Assembly (NCBI RefSeq): GCF_018350175.1
Contig: NC_058368.1
Coordinates: 11,656,001 to 11,720,000, forward strand
Length of the DNA stretch: 64,000 nt
Source: Felis catus
Taxonomy: Eukaryota
Direction of reading: 5' to 3'
Shown here: positions 12,560-27,250 of the stretch, piece by piece
Layout of the letters: each line of letters opens with the position of its first letter
How positions within the stretch are numbered: the stretch's first letter is position 1
Made by a program: the position numbers and the translations under genes
The notes under the pieces: model-generated
The model's input: the letters and a program-made list of their open reading frames with translations, nothing else
What the model was told of the DNA's origin: nothing
The model's database searches: none

Positions 12560-12985
12560 GGGGGTGCCTGGGTGGCTCAGTCAGCTAATCATCTGACTTC
12601 AGCTTAGGTCATGACCTCACTGTTTGAGCCCTGCATCCAGCTCTGTACTGATGGCTCAGAGCCTGGAGCCTGCTTTGAATTCTGTGTCTCCCTCTCTCTC
12701 TGCCCCTCCCCTGCACACTCTCTCAGAAATAAATAAACATTTTTTAAAAATTAAAAAAAAAAATACCTTTCTTGGGGCACCTGGTTGGCTCAGTTGGTTG
12801 GGCAACTGACTTTGCCTCAGGTCATGATCTCACAGTTTGTGAGTTGGAGCCCCGTGTCAGGCTCTGTGCTGACAGCTCAGAGGCTGGAGCCTACTTAGGA
12901 TTCTGTGTCTCCCCCTCTCTCTAACCCTCCCCTACTCACACTCTGTCTGTCTCTCTCTCTCAAAAATAAATAAAAATTTAAAAAA
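12560..12985 (+). mobile_element. Two tandem Can-SINEs (12560-12761, 12774-12983)
   Basis: Two complete heads and tails, separated and flanked by aataccttt-like target copies. Confidence 0.9.
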
Positions 12986-12989
12986 TACC

Positions 12990-14225
12990 TTTTTCAATAG
13001 TTGATAAAACAAGCAGACAAAAAAAATCAGGATATTAAAGTCATAAATAGCACAATTAATAATGTTCAATATAATGACTATGGAACACTACATTCAAAAA
13101 TTAAAGAAAACATTCTTTTCAAACCATATGGAATATTTAAATAAATTAACAGGCCATCAAACTAGCCTCCACAAATTTCAAAGAATTATTAATGTATAGA
13201 CCACACTCTTTGACCATAATGCAATTAATTTTGAAATTAGTAATAAAATTTTGGGGGAAAATTTTTAAAATATTGAAGAATTCATAGGTAGAAAACTTTG
13301 TAACAGAAATATATAAAAATTAATCATAGTGAACAATAATTACATATAAAAGCTTCCCATATATATATATATATGTGTGCGTGTGTATATATATATATCC
13401 ATATATATATATATATTTCCCATAAATGTACCTTCAAAAAAAAAAGGCAAGGTACAAAATTAAAGAGTTAACCACACAATTGAAGATGCTAGAAAAACAA
13501 AAGCAGAAGAAACCCCCAAAAAGTAGAAGAGAAGGAATCATAAAGAATCAAAAAGATAACAAAGAGACTAATCAGGACCAACAAATTCATAAGTTGGTTA
13601 TTTGAAAAGATTAATAAAATTCACAAACCTTAGTAAGATTAATCAAAGGAAGAAGGAAGCAATTAGTCTTAGGGATGAAAAAGGAGGTACAAATACAGTT
13701 CCAGAAGAGATTTTAAATGATAAAAGGATTGTGGCATTATTTACAATAACCAAGACAAGTCTAAGTGTTCATCAATGAACGAATGGATAAAGAATATATA
13801 TATATTTTTTATATATATGCATATTATATATACACATATATATTATATATACACTTATATATATGTATATATGTATATAGTAGGTATATATGTATATACA
13901 TATTATATTATATATGTATATATGTATATAATATGTATATATTATATATACGCATGTATATACACATATATATGTATATTATATACACACACATACACAC
14001 AATGGAATATTACTTAGCCTTAAAAAGAAGGAAATCTTGCCATTTGTGACAACATGGTTGGACCTTGAAGGCATTATACTAAGTGTAGTAAGTCGGAGAA
14101 AGGCAAATACTATATAATCTCACTTATATGTGCATTCAAAAAAAAAGAAAAAGCTCATAGATCCAGAGAACATGTTCATGGTTAGCAGAGGAATAAGGTG
14201 AGGGGTGGAAAATGGGGGAAGGTGG
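12990..14225 (+). mobile_element. Old L1 fragments (degraded ORF2 piece, then an L1M 3' end with a TA-rich simple repeat at ~13790-14000)
   Basis: cacaatggaatattacttagccttaaaaagaaggaaatcttgccatttgtgacaacatgg is typical L1 3' sequence. Confidence 0.75.
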
Positions 14226-16535
14226 ACAAAAGGTGCCATGGCAGGAAGCTGTGCAAGTGTTCCAGATGTAGCTTGCACATAGTTTGCAGAATCTATGGTG
14301 AGCAAAAAAGATCTTTTCCCCAAAGATAGGGATTTGTGTTCTGATCACTAATTGCTGCTTCTAAGCATACAGGCACAGACAAAGAGAGTGGCCATTATTG
14401 TTGCAAGCCCCGCCCACTTCACTGTTGCAAGCCACTTCTCTAGCTCAAGTAACTTTCAAGAGATTTAAAGGGCTGACACCCTTTTTCCCTCCTTTGATCT
14501 TTCTTTTTTTCTCTTTTTGGGAGCCAGATATTAAAGACTAGGACGCTCAAAAACAACTTTATATATGGGAAAAATTAGAAAGTGACTGCATGTACTCAGG
14601 GAAAGGCACAGACTCAGAAAAGACTTGACAAAACCTTAACTTTACACCATAGGCTGATGGTTGGCACACAGACTGCCTAAAACAACATTAAAAAACAAAA
14701 ACAAAAAACTCAGCCAACACTGATGAAATGGGGAAAATCTGATTTCCAGAATTACATTATTATATTCAAATGTCCAGTTTTCAACCAAAAATAAATAAAT
14801 AAATCACAAGACATACAAAGAAACAGAAAGGTATGGCCAATTCAAAGGGGGAAAAAATCAACAGAAATTGTCCCTGAAAAAAAAATTTTATGGCAAATCA
14901 AGTAGAGTCTTCAAACCAACTGCCTTAAAAATGATTGAAGAACTAAAAATGTGGAGAATGTCACAAAAACTTTGTATGAACAAAATAGAAATACCAATAA
15001 AGAGATCAAAAACCCAAAGGAAAGAGAGAGAGAGAGAGAGAAGAGAGAGGAAGGAAGGAGAAAGAAAGAAATTCTGAAACTGAAAAGTATAATAAGTGGA
15101 ATGAAAATTTCACTAGAGAGATTCAAAGGCAGATTTGAGTAGGCAGAAGACCTTGAAAATAAGGCCATGGAAATTATCAAGTGTGAAGAACAGAAAGAAA
15201 AAAGATTGAAGAAAAGTGACAGAGCCTAAGAGACTTGTTGAATACCATCAACTGAACAAACACGCAAATTGTGGAAGTCTCACAAAAAGAGGGGGGAAAA
15301 GGCAGAGAGAATATTTGAAGAAATAATGGCAGAACCTCCCAACTTTGATGAAAGACATGAATATAAACATCCAAGAAGCTTAATAAACTCCAAGTAAGAT
15401 GAACTCAAAGAGAAACACAAAAAGACACGTTATACTCAAACTTTAAAAAGACAAAGAGGAAATCTTGAAGAGAACAAGAGAGAAGCAACTTGTCATACAC
15501 AAGTGATCCTTAATAAGAATATATGCAGAGTTCTCATCAGAAACTAAATAGACCAGAAAGTAGTAGGCTGATATGCTCAAAGTGTGAATAGAAAAAAATT
15601 GTTGATCCAGAATCCTATATTGAGTGAACTATCTTTCAAAAGTGAAGGAGAGATTAAGGCATTCCCAGATGAGCAAAAGGTAAGGAGTCTGTTATCACTA
15701 TACTCACCTTGTAAGAAATGCTCAAGGGAGTCCTGCTAAGTGAAATGAAAGGATACTAAACAAAAATGTGAAGTTGGATGAATAAATAAAGATCTGAATA
15801 AAGGTAAATGCATGGGCAATTATAAAAGCTAGTATTATTGTAACAATGGTATGTAACTCGACTTTTTGTTTTCTACATGATTTACACGACTAATACATTA
15901 AAAAAAACAATTATGGGTTTAAAAGCTAGCATTATTGTAACTATGGTTTGTAACTGCATATTTTGTTTTCTATATGAGACTAATGCATTTAAAAGATTTT
16001 TTGTTTATGTTTGGGTCACACAATGTATAAAGATGTAAGTTTGATACATCAACAACCAAAAGGAGTGGGGATCAAAACATAAAGGAGAAGAGTTCTTGTA
16101 TGTTATTGAAATTAAGAGATGGTAGAAATTCAAATTAGAATGTTATAACTTTTGAGGTTAAGATGCACATAATAACCACAAAGAAAATATCTATAGAATA
16201 TACACACAAGAAAATGAGAAAGAAACTTAAACATTTCATTGCAAATAATCAAGTGAACACAAAAGAAGGCAGTAATGCAGAAAAAGATGGACAAAAAGCT
16301 ATAAGGTATACAAAAAACAAATAGCAAAATGACAGAGGTCTCTCCTTATAAGTAATTATTTTAAATGTAAATGGCTTAAACTTTATAAACAAAAGATAGA
16401 GATCGATGGAATGGAAAAAAAATATGATCCAGCTACATACTATCTACAAAAGACTCACTTTAGCTCTAAAGATACAAATAGGTTGAAAATGAAAAGATGA
16501 AAAAAAGATATTCCATTTAAATAGCAACCAAAAGA

Positions 16536-16768
16536 GGGGTGCCTGGGTGGCTCAGTTGGTTGAGCCTCCAACTTTGGCTCAGGTCATGATCTCACAGTTC
16601 GTGGGTCTGAGCCCCCCATCGGGCTCTGTGCTGACAGCTCAGAGCCTGAAGCCTCCTTCAGATTTTGTGTCTCCCTCTCTCTCTGTCCCTCCCCCACTCA
16701 CGCTTTGTCTCTCTCTCCCTTTCAAACAAAAATAAAACATTAAAAAACAAAATTAAAAATAAATAAAT
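16536..16768 (+). mobile_element. Can-SINE inside L1
   Basis: TSD aaatag(c/t)aaccaaaagag. Confidence 0.92.
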
Positions 16769-17518
16769 AAATAGTAACCAAAAGAGAGAAGGGGTGCCTA
16801 TACTAATATCAGACAAAATAGACCTTAAATCAAAAAAGTTACAAGAGAAAAATGACCCTATATATTAATAAAAGGTTCAAGTTAACAAGAACATATAACA
16901 ATGGTAAACATGCACATATCAGACCATTAAAGTATATGAAGCAAAAGTTAACAGAATTGAAGGGAGAAAGAAGCAGCTCTACAATAATTTTGGAGACTTC
17001 AGCATCCCACTTTCAGGATTGGATAGAACAACCAGACAGAAGTAAGGAAATAGAGAATTTAACATAGTAAACCAACTGGATCTAACATACATATGCAGAA
17101 CACTGTATCCAACAACACAGCACAAACATTCTTCTCAAGCACACATGAGACATTTTCCAGAACAGATTATAAATTAGGCCACAAATTAAGTGTCAAGAGA
17201 TTTCAATAGATAGATATCATACAAAGTATCTTCTCCTGCCACAGTGGGATAAAGTTAGAAATCAATAAAAGAAGTAAAAATGGAAAATTCACAAATTTGT
17301 GGGAGTTAAACAACATACTCTTAAATAAGTAGTAAATCAAAGAAAAATCACAAGGGAAATTAGAAAATACTTTAGATGAATGAAAACAAAATGACAACAC
17401 AGTAAAATGTATAGCACGTGGTGAGAGCAGTGAGAAGGGGAAAATTTTAAGTTATAAACACATTAAAAAAAAAAAAAGACTTCAAATCAACAACTTAACT
17501 TTAAAATTTAAGGAACAA

Positions 17519-17738
17519 TGGCGCACCTGAGTGGCTCAGTCAATTAAGTGTCTGACTTTGGCTCAGGGCATGATCTCACAGTTTGTGGGTTTGAGCCCCG
17601 TGTCAGGCTCTGTGCTGACAGCTCAGAACCTGGAGCCTGTTTCAGATTCTGTGTCTCCCTCTCTCTTTCTGCTCTTCCCCCACTCATGCTCTGTCTCTTT
17701 CTCTCCTTCAAAAATAAATAAACATTAATTTTTTTTTT
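17519..17738 (+). mobile_element. Can-SINE inside L1
   Basis: Head gcacctgagtggctcagtc; flanking ttaaggaac repeats. Confidence 0.9.
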
Positions 17739-18432
17739 AAACTTAAGGAACTAGAAAAACAAACTAAACCAAACGCTAACAGTAGGAAGAAAATAATAAA
17801 GATTAGAACACAGACAAATGAAGTAGAGAGCAGAGAAACAATAGAAAAAAATTAATGAAATCACAAAGTCTTTGAAAATATTAACAAAATTGGCAAACTG
17901 TTAGCTAGGGGACTAAGAAACAAAGATGATTCAAGTTACAAAATCAGAAATGAAAATGGGGACATTACAACCAATTCTACAGAAATAAAAAGAATAAGAG
18001 AATATTATTAAAAATTGTATGCCAACAGATTGGATAACCTGGATGAAATGGAAACATTCCTAGAAACACAAAACCTACCAAAATTGAATCACTAAGAAAT
18101 AGAAAATCTAAATAGAACTACAACTAATAAGGAGATTAAATCAGTAATCAAAAATCTCTGAACAACAAAAAAATCTCTAGACAAAGAAAAGTCCTGGACC
18201 TGATGGCTTCACTGATGAATTTTATCAAAAAATTTTAAGCGCCAATCCTTCTCAAAGTGTTCCAAAAAATCGAAGAGGGGGAAACACTTTGCAATTAATC
18301 TGTGATGCCAGTATTATCCTGACACCAAAGCCAGACAAAGACACAAGGAAAGAAAACTGCAGACCAATATGTCATATGAACATGGAAGCAAAAATCCTCA
18401 ACTAAACCCAACAGCATATTAAAAGGATTATA

Positions 18433-18757
18433 GGGGTGCCTGGCTGGCCCAGTCGATAGAGCATGCAACTCTTGATCTCAGGCTTATAAAGCTGGGTGTA
18501 GAGATTACTTAAAATTAAAATATTTTTTAGTTTTCAAAGTTTATTTCTTTATTTGGAGAGAAAGGGGGGGTGGAGAATGAGAGAGAACATGAATGGGGGA
18601 AGGGCAGAAAGAAAGGGAGAGAGAGAGAATCCCAAGCAGGCTCCACGCTGTCCGCACAGAGCCTGACACGGGATTTGATCTCACAAACCACGAGATAATG
18701 ATCTGAGCTGAAACCAAGAGTCATATGCTTAACCAACTGAGCCACCCAGGTGACCCC
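18433..18757. mobile_element. Short + strand SINE (18433-~18520) abutting a - strand Can-SINE (~18530-18757), followed by (taga)n
   Basis: ggggtgcctggctggcccagtc head and, at the other end, reverse head actgagccacccaggtgacccc. Confidence 0.85.
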
Positions 18758-18770
18758 AAAATAAGATCTT

Positions 18771-18801
<31 letters not shown>

Positions 18802-20443
18802 ATGGATTATAAGCCATGACCAAGTGGGATTGATACATGGAATGCAGGGATAGTTCAGCATATGAAAATTGACCAATGTCATATACCATGAAGGGAAAAA
18901 AAAGATTAACATGATCATCTCAATGATACAGAAAAAGTATTTGACAAAATTTAACATTCTTTCATGATTAAAAAAAAAAAAAACACTGAAGAAATTAGGA
19001 ATACAAGGCATCCAAACTGGAAAGGAAGAAGTAAAATTATCTCTGTTTGCTGATTATATTTAGAAATTCTAAAGATTACACAAAAAACTGTTAGAGCTAA
19101 TAAATTAATTCAGTGAAGTAGCAGGATACAAAGTCAAAACCCAAAAATTAGTTACATTTCTATACACTAACAATGAAAAATCTGAAAAGGAAATTACAAA
19201 ACAATTTCATTTACAATAGCATCAATAACAATAATATATTTAGGAATTAACCAAAGACATGAAAACCAAAGACTTGTACAATGAAAACTATAAGGCATTG
19301 TTGAAAAAAATTTAAGAAGACATGAATAAATGGAAACATCCCATGTTTATGAATTGAAAGACTTAATATTGTTCAGTGTCCTATAGATTCATTGCAACTC
19401 CTAAATCCCAATGACTTTTTTTTTGTAGAAATAGAAAAACCTATCCTAAAATTCATATGGAATTTCTAAGGGATCCCAAATAGCCAAAACAATTTTGAAA
19501 AAAAAAAAAAAAAAGAAGAAGAAAAAAGAATAAAGCTCCCACAATCAAAACAGTGTGGTATTGCATAAAGACAGACATATAGACCAAAAGAATAGGGAGC
19601 CCAGAAATAAACCCTCACATATATAGTCAAATGATTTTGATAAGATTGCTAAGATGATTAATGGAGAAAAGGCAATCTTTTCAACAATAGTACTGAGAAA
19701 ACTGGATATTCACATGCAAAAGAATGAAGGTGGACCCTAATTAAGCACCATATACAAAAATTAACTCAAAATAGATCAAAGACTCAAATGTAAAATCAAA
19801 ACGTACAAAAATATTAGACTATAACTGAGACAAAGTTTTACAACATTGCGTTTGGCAGTGATTTCTTGGATATGACACCAAAGCCCCAGGCAACAAAATA
19901 ATATAAAAATTGGACTTTATGAAAATTAAAACATTCTGTACATCAAAAGACTATATGAACTGAATTAAAAGGCCCATAAAACAGCAGAAAATATTTGCAA
20001 ATAATATATCTGATAAGAGATTAATATGCGGAATATATAGAGAACTTCGAAAACTCACCACCAACAACAAAAAACAAACAACTTGATTCAAAAATGAACA
20101 AAGGACTTGAAAAGACATTTCTTCACAAAAGATATACAAATGGCCAATAGATATGAAAATATGCTCAATATCACTGATGATTAGGGGAATCCAAATCAAA
20201 ACTACAATGAAATACTAGCCATTAGGATGATTATTAGAAAAAAACGAACAGAAAAGACAAGTGTTGGTGAGGATATGGAGAAATGAGAACTCTTGTGCAT
20301 TGTTGGTGGGAATGTAGAAAGGTGTACTCTCTATGGAAAGCATTATAGCCATTCCTCAAAAACTTAAAAATCTAATTACCATATGGTCCAACAATTCCAT
20401 TTCTGCATATATACCCAAAATGTATCTTAAAGAGATACATGAA

Positions 20444-20680
20444 GGGGCGCCTGGGTGGCGCAGTCGGTTAAGCGTCCGACTTCAGCCAGGTCATGATCTC
20501 GCGGTCCGTGAGTTTGAGCCCCGCGTCAGGCTCTGGGCTGATGGCTCAGAGCCTGGAGCCTGTTTCCGATTCTGTGTCTCCCTCTCTCTCTGCCCCTCCC
20601 CCGTTCATGCTCTGTCTCTCTCTCTCCCAAAAAAATAAGTAAATGTTGAAAAAAAAATTTTTAACCAAAAAAAAAAAAAA
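20444..20680 (+). mobile_element. Young felid Can-SINE
   Basis: CpG-intact body; TSD aaagagatacatgaa. Confidence 0.95.
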
Positions 20681-21684
20681 AAAGAGATACATGAATATAT
20701 TTAACAAGGAGTAGAACCCACCTATTAATACTTTAAACAGAATCCAAATAAACAGGTAAAAGTAGACAGAAAGCTGATCTGATTGAAGACTGTGGCCAAA
20801 GCCCCAGATACCCAGATTCCTGCTACCTGCTTAAAGAAGTAATTAAACTCTCCCCCACCAACCAACTTTATTAAGATATTGATTGAAGACAAAACTGAAA
20901 GTCTTCTATGGAATATTTGAAGCGTACTGTTTTGAGGGCATCATCCTTCTCTCACATCCTTCATCCTTTATGAAGAAGCCTCAGATTCATTCACATTCTG
21001 ACCCAAATTACTTTCTCTAATCCATTTTTCATTCTACTACAAACTTATGCCAATATTCATTTATAGGCATCCAAGACTTCATAGGATCTGTAAATACCCT
21101 GAAATTGGATCAAAGTATAAATATGTACATGTGTGTAATTTTTATAGGAACAAGGACTATTAGCTTTCATTGAATTCTGAAAGTAGTCTATTACCCCAAA
21201 AAGGTTGATGCCTGTTTCTGGCTCATCATATCATGGCTTTAATTCACACCTCAATTAATACTCAGGACCAATTTCCCTGTTTTTTCCTTTGCTTTCCTCC
21301 TTGATCATTATTGTTTCTTCTGTAAAGACCTCATTCAGTCTAGCTCAGTCTCTGGAACTTTATATCTCAATGCAGATGGTGACCCTCTTACTACAGCCTC
21401 TGGAGCTAAACCCAAATGTGACCCATACTGTCTTTGTTTTGTGTAATGAGTTTCATAGTATAACACAGTTCATAACTTAAATGTGTTCACGTATGTGTAT
21501 ATGTCAGTAAAAATATATATAATTTAAACCCTCATGGCTCTGTTGCTTCTATCTTCTAGGGTAAGGGTATGTATATGGAGACCTTCAACAATATTTATGG
21601 ATGGCCTGTGAATAGATGGATAGACACTGTTGGCTTACTCTTATCTTTTATTCATTTCTTTAATATTGCATTAAATTGTTGATA

Positions 21685-22112
21685 AGGGCACCTGGGTGGC
21701 TCAGTCAGTAAGCTTCTGACTCTTGATTTTGGCTCAGGTCATGATCTCACAGTTCATGAGATTGAGCCCCGCATCAGGCTCTGCACTGGCAGCACAAAGC
21801 TTGCTTGGGATTCTCTCTCTGTCTTTCTGTGTCCCTCCCCTGCTCATACTCTCTCAAAAATAAATAACTTGGGGCACCTGGGTGGCTCAGTCGGTTGAGC
21901 GTCCGACTTCGGCTCAGGTCATGATCTCGCAGTTCGTGAGTTCAAGCCCCGCACGGGGCTCTGTGCTGACAGCTCAGAGCCTGGAGCCTGCTTCAGATTC
22001 TGTGTCTCCCTCCCTCTGCCCTTTCCCCATTTGTGCTCTGTCTCTGTCTCTCAAAAATGAATAAACGTTAAAAAAAAATTTTAAAAACACGAATTTAAAA
22101 AATAACTTAAAA
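21685..22112 (+). mobile_element. Can-SINE with a second Can-SINE (21871-~22099) inserted in its tail
   Basis: Two heads; aaataactt duplicated around the inner copy. Confidence 0.9.
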
Positions 22113-23265
22113 AAACAGTCATACAAAACTTAACCAAATAATACTCTCCAATATCCTAGAATATAACCAATGACTGATTTTTAATAGGTGATCAGCAGTA
22201 ATTTAGTGAATAAGTAATTTAGTGAATAACTCTTATTCATAGTGGGTTTAGTTGTTATATCAGATTGTCATTATAGTTAGATGATAAAATGCATTGATCT
22301 TTCATGTAGCTGAATACATACAATGAGTTGTATTATAGTGGGGCTTTACACATCCATTGTGATTACACATAGATTGCCTATAATTAAACTCTTTACTGTC
22401 ATCTTATTTCATATAGTTTTCCTGTCAGGGGGTAGATGAAAAAAGGGCTGCTTCTACCCTGAATCTTAGAGAACACAAGTAGAGAATATAAAAATAAACA
22501 GTTTATATACATGTTCGCGTTATTTTGTCTGTCCTTATAAGAACAGTTACATGTTTCATTTTGTTTGGGATACAAAATTTAAATTTCTCTTACACTAATT
22601 GCATGCAACAATATTATCCTTTGTGTTGAATTTGGTAATTGGTTCTATATACTGCCAGTTTGTCAAACATGCATTCAGACTTTTATGTTTAAATCAGTGT
22701 ATTCTACATTCGAATACTTTTTCAACTTTTAAGAATTTTCTTCTAATTATTTCACTATGGTGATAAATCTAAACACTGATGTCGGAAGCACTAGCCATTA
22801 TTTAGGCTTACTAGATCACTTATAGCCTGGCACTAATGTTTATGAGCAAAATCAAGTTTCAAGTTCTTACACATGAGTCTACACACATATACAGAGACTT
22901 TCATGACCAGCATTTTCACAAATGAGTGTAGCTGAAGGTGAGTCCTGTGGGAGCATGGAATAAACAAAGCAAATCCGTCTAGGTACTAGAAAAATAAGTC
23001 AAGTTCATATGCTGCTGATGGGGAGAAGTGCCATCTTGTTTTTGAAAGAACAAAGAAAGAACAAAGATGGCATTTGATAACTAGACTGTTTTTCTTCAGC
23101 TAATTAGTTATAACCCAGATAATCTATATTCTTACTAAAATTTTATTAAAACTATGCTTCTTGCTAGTAACTACTTAGCAAGACTAATTAGTGCATAATA
23201 ATACAATTGATTTTTATACTCTGCCCATCATTAAATTTCAGACACATCTTGGCATCTAGACTGGC

Positions 23266-23267
<2 letters not shown>

Positions 23268-23318
<51 letters not shown>

Positions 23319-23705
23319 CCTCCCTCTGCCCCTCACCCCTGCTCGTGCTCTCTAAAATAAATAAACAAATAAACAAATAAATGTGTGTGTGTATTTTTTT
23401 TTCCACTATGAAAATGCTTTAATGGTGGCATCTGTACAGCATGTGATGTCAAGACAGGAAAAAGCAAGCGCACAATAAATAAATAAATTTTAAAAATAAA
23501 ATAAAGTAGGGTTCCCTGGGTGGCTCAGTTAGTTAAGCATCTGACTCTTGCTTTCAGCTCAGGTCATCTCACGGTTTTTAAGTTTGAGCCCTGTGTCGGT
23601 CTCCATACTTTCAGTATGGAGCCTGCTTGGGATTCTTTCTCTCCCTCTCTCTCTGCCCTTCTCCGGCTAGCTCTCTATCTCTCTCTCAAAATAAATAAAC
23701 TTTTT
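23268..23705 (+). mobile_element. Can-SINE 3' fragment with long (ct)n (23268-23380) and a full Can-SINE (23509-23705)
   Basis: SINE tail motif tctgcccctcacccctgctcg...aaaataaataaac; head gggttccctgggtggctcag. Confidence 0.85.
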
Positions 23706-24284
23706 TTTACAAAAAGTTACTTTTGATGATTATGATCTAAGATAGTAATTACTACTATATAAAAAATCTAATATTTCAAAGTATATGAAATACTATATTA
23801 ACTACATTGGATCATTTCTACTTAGATAACCTCATAATAAGTTACTGCCATAATTAGGACACCCTTTAGCTATAAAATTAAAACATAAGAAACAGAATAT
23901 AATAATCAATGAGGATACTTAAAATGCAAGGAATTTTCAACTCACAAAATAGCTGTTTTCTAAATGGCTGTGAGGGTTTTGTTTTGTTTTGTTTTTTTTA
24001 CTTTCAAACAAAATTGAACAATGCTATAAAATGACATTATTATTTTCGTAGGCCAACCACAAAAACATTTCATTGAAAATGTGTGGTTTGTTTTCTCTAC
24101 TTCCTTTATTCCTCTTTATTTTTTGTTTTGTTTGTTTTGTTTCGAAAGGGGTTTAATATAATTATTTTTCTTGTCAAATAAGATTAAGGTCATTCTTTTC
24201 TACTCACACAAGGAATGCGAAAGAGTTCCTGAAGTAAATTAAAAACAGTTGGAAGGAAAAGCAAACTACATTTCAGAAGATGTT

Positions 24285-26690
24285 CAGAACTTCCCACAAA
24301 GAAAAGCTCAGGCCCAGATGACTTCACAGATGAATTCTATCAAGTATTTAAAGAAGAATGATATACCAATTGTTCATGAACTCTTCCAAAAAAATAAAAT
24401 GAGAAAAACACTCCTATTTATTCTATGAAGGCAGTACCAGTCTTATACTAAAACCAAACAAAGATACCACAAGAAAACTACAGACCAAGACTTCTTAGGG
24501 ATATATTTTCAAAAACGTAAAAAAAAGGCAACAAATAAACAAAATAACAAACTGGATCCAGCAACACACAAAAAGAATTATATACCATGATCAAGTGGAA
24601 TGTATCCCAGCAATGCAAGGTTGGCTTAACATCCAAAAATCAATTAGAGTAATACCCCATATCAATAGGATAAAGTACAGAAACCACATAATCATTTCAA
24701 TAGATGCAGATAAAAGCTTTATAGAATCCAACATTCCTTGAGACAGAAATACTTTAAAAACCAAGAACAGATGGAAACCTCCTGAACTTGATATTAGACT
24801 TGTATGAAAAACTACAGCTAATATTAGAGTTAATGATGAAAGGCTGAATGTTTTCCCCCTAAAATCAAAAGACAAGGATAGGCGCCTGGCTGCCTCAGTT
24901 GGTACAGCATGTGACTCTTGATCTCAGGGTTGTGAGTTCAAGCCCCACATTGGGTGTGGAGCCTACTTAATTAAAACAATTTTTTTCTAAATGAAGAAGA
25001 CAAGGATGTTTGTTCTCACCATTCCTATTCAATATTGTACTAGAGGTTCTAGTCAGAGCAAATAGGCAAGAAAAAAATTTAAATCACCCAGACTGGAAAG
25101 AAAGAAGTAAAATTATCTCTAGTCACAGATACGATCTAATATATAGAAAATCTTAAGGAATATATTAAAAAACTATTAAACTAGTTTAGCAAACTTTCAG
25201 GGTATGAGAACAATATACAAAAATCAATAGCATTTCTACATATTAGCAATGTACAATCTGAAAATTAACAAAATTCCTTTTACAATATCATCAAAAAGAA
25301 TAAAATACTTAGGAATATATTTAACAAAAGCAACTGAAACATTGCAACAAAATTGAAACAAAAGCAACAATGAAACATTGTTGAAAGAAATTAAAGAAGA
25401 CCTAAGTATATGGAAAGGCATCACATGTTCATGAACCAGAAGATACAGTATTGTTAAAATGGCAATGTTTCCCAAATTGCTCTGCAGATTCAGTGCAAAC
25501 CCTATCAAAAATCTTGCCTGCCTTTTTTGCAGAAATAGGCAAACCGATTCTAAAATTCATATAAAAATTCAAGACTCCCAGGATGGCCATATCAATCTCA
25601 AAAAAAAAAAAAAAAAAAAAAATGGAGGACTCAATTTCCTGATTTCAAAATCTGCCATAAAGCTGTAGTCATCAAGGCTGTGTGGTACTGGAATGAGGAT
25701 AAACATAGAGATCAACGGAACTGAATTGAGCCTTCAAATATAAACTCTTATATTTATGGCCAATTGATTTTTGTCAAGTAATTCCATGAAGAAAGACAAG
25801 TATTGTAAACAAATGTTGGACAACTGGATATCTATATGCAAAAGAATCAGGTTGGACCCTACATCATACCACATACAAAATTTAACTCAAAATAAAGGCC
25901 TCAATATAAAAGCTAAAATCCACAAAATTCCTATTAGAAAACATAGGTATTAAAAAAAAGAAAAGAAAATAGAAAAAAGAAAAAAAGAAAACAGGTATAA
26001 ATCTTTATCATCTTGAGTTAGAAGTGGTTTTTGAGATGACAACAAAAGCACAAGCAACCAAATAAAAAAGAAATAAATTGATTTCATCAAGATTTAAAGA
26101 TTTTGTTTTTCAAAGGATTTCATCAAGATGGTGAAAAGACGGGCTGCCTGGGTGGCTCAGTAGGTTAAACGCCGACTTCAGCTCAGGTCATGATATAACG
26201 GTTCCTGAGTTCTAGCCCCACATCAGGCTCTGTGCTGACAACTCAGAGCCTGGAGCCTGCTTCAGATTCTGGGTCTCCCTCTCTCTCTGCCCCTCCCCCG
26301 CATGTGCTCTCTGTCTCTCAAAAATAAATAAACGTTAAAAAAAAAAAAAAAAGATGGTGAAAAGACAATCCACAGAATGGGAGAAGATATTCTCAAATTA
26401 TATATCTGACATGAAATCTGTACCCAGACTATATAAAGAACTCTTACAACTCAGTAATAAAAAGACAAATCCAATTTAAAAATGGACAAAGAATCAGAAC
26501 AGACCTTTCTCTCCCAAGAAGATATACAATGACCAGTAAACACATGTAAAGATGCTCAACCTATTAGCCATCAAAGAAATGCAAATCAAAGCCACAATGA
26601 TTTCACACCCACTAGAATGGCTATAGTAAAAAAAAGATCCACAATAGCAAGAATGGGTGAGGAAGTAGAGAAACTGAAATTCATAAAATG
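24285..26690 (+). mobile_element. Decayed L1 ORF2 fragment (RT and C-terminal region)
   Basis: ggcccagatgacttcacagatgaattcta; gatcaagtggaatgtatcccagcaatgcaagg; MAMFPKLLCRFSANPIK peptide. Confidence 0.88.
26141..26350 (+). mobile_element. Can-SINE inside L1
   Basis: 16-bp TSD aagatggtgaaaagac. Confidence 0.93.
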
Positions 26691-27019
26691 CCTGAATTAT
26701 GTACTCTGTGCTGAATGATGTACCTTGTTTGCAGTGACAAAATGTGTTTGAACATAAACCTTTTTTACATGCAATCAATAATTATTATAGTTACAATTAA
26801 AGTTTATATAAGTCATTATTTTAATTAAACATTTAAAAATAAAAGATAAAATAATCAGATAATAAATTTCAGTTAATAAAGTAGGAAATATCATTCAGAA
26901 AAATAAAGATTGAGCTTGTAAAAATGCTTACAACATATTGAAGTAAAAAAAAAAACCCTATACTACAAAAAAAAAAAAACACAAAATACCTATACTACAA
27001 AACAGCAATAATGGCTCAT

Positions 27020-27250
27020 ATTTCCTGCATAACTGCTATGGGGCAGATATTTTTTATGTACATAGAATTTCATTTAATCCTACCCATGAACAACCTGTGA
27101 GGAAAGTACTACCATCATCATCTTCCTCATTTAACACATAAAGAAACTGAGGCTCAGAAATTTGCTCAGTTCACATAATAAATAAATATGTGGAGTTAGA
27201 CTTAAACTCAAGTCTCTCTAATTCCAAGGTCTATGTTCTCAATCATGCTA
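27020..27250. mobile_element. MIR SINE
   Basis: catttaatcc...caacctgtgagg...aagaaactgaggctcagaaatttgctca core. Confidence 0.7.

Larger units (their letters stand above)
14250..20428 (+). mobile_element. Large decayed L1 (L1M-type): ORF1 remnant, spacer and ORF2 remnant starting ~16329, interrupted by SINEs
   Basis: ORF1-like peptide EILKLKSIISGMKISLERFKGRFE; endonuclease start ttaaatgtaaatggcttaaac; ORF2 hallmarks ggacctgatggcttcactgatgaatt and ccaaagccagacaaagac; many stops. Confidence 0.88.

Noticed and set aside
13765..14049. Y/I-rich ORFs
   Set aside because: TA-rich simple repeat inside L1.
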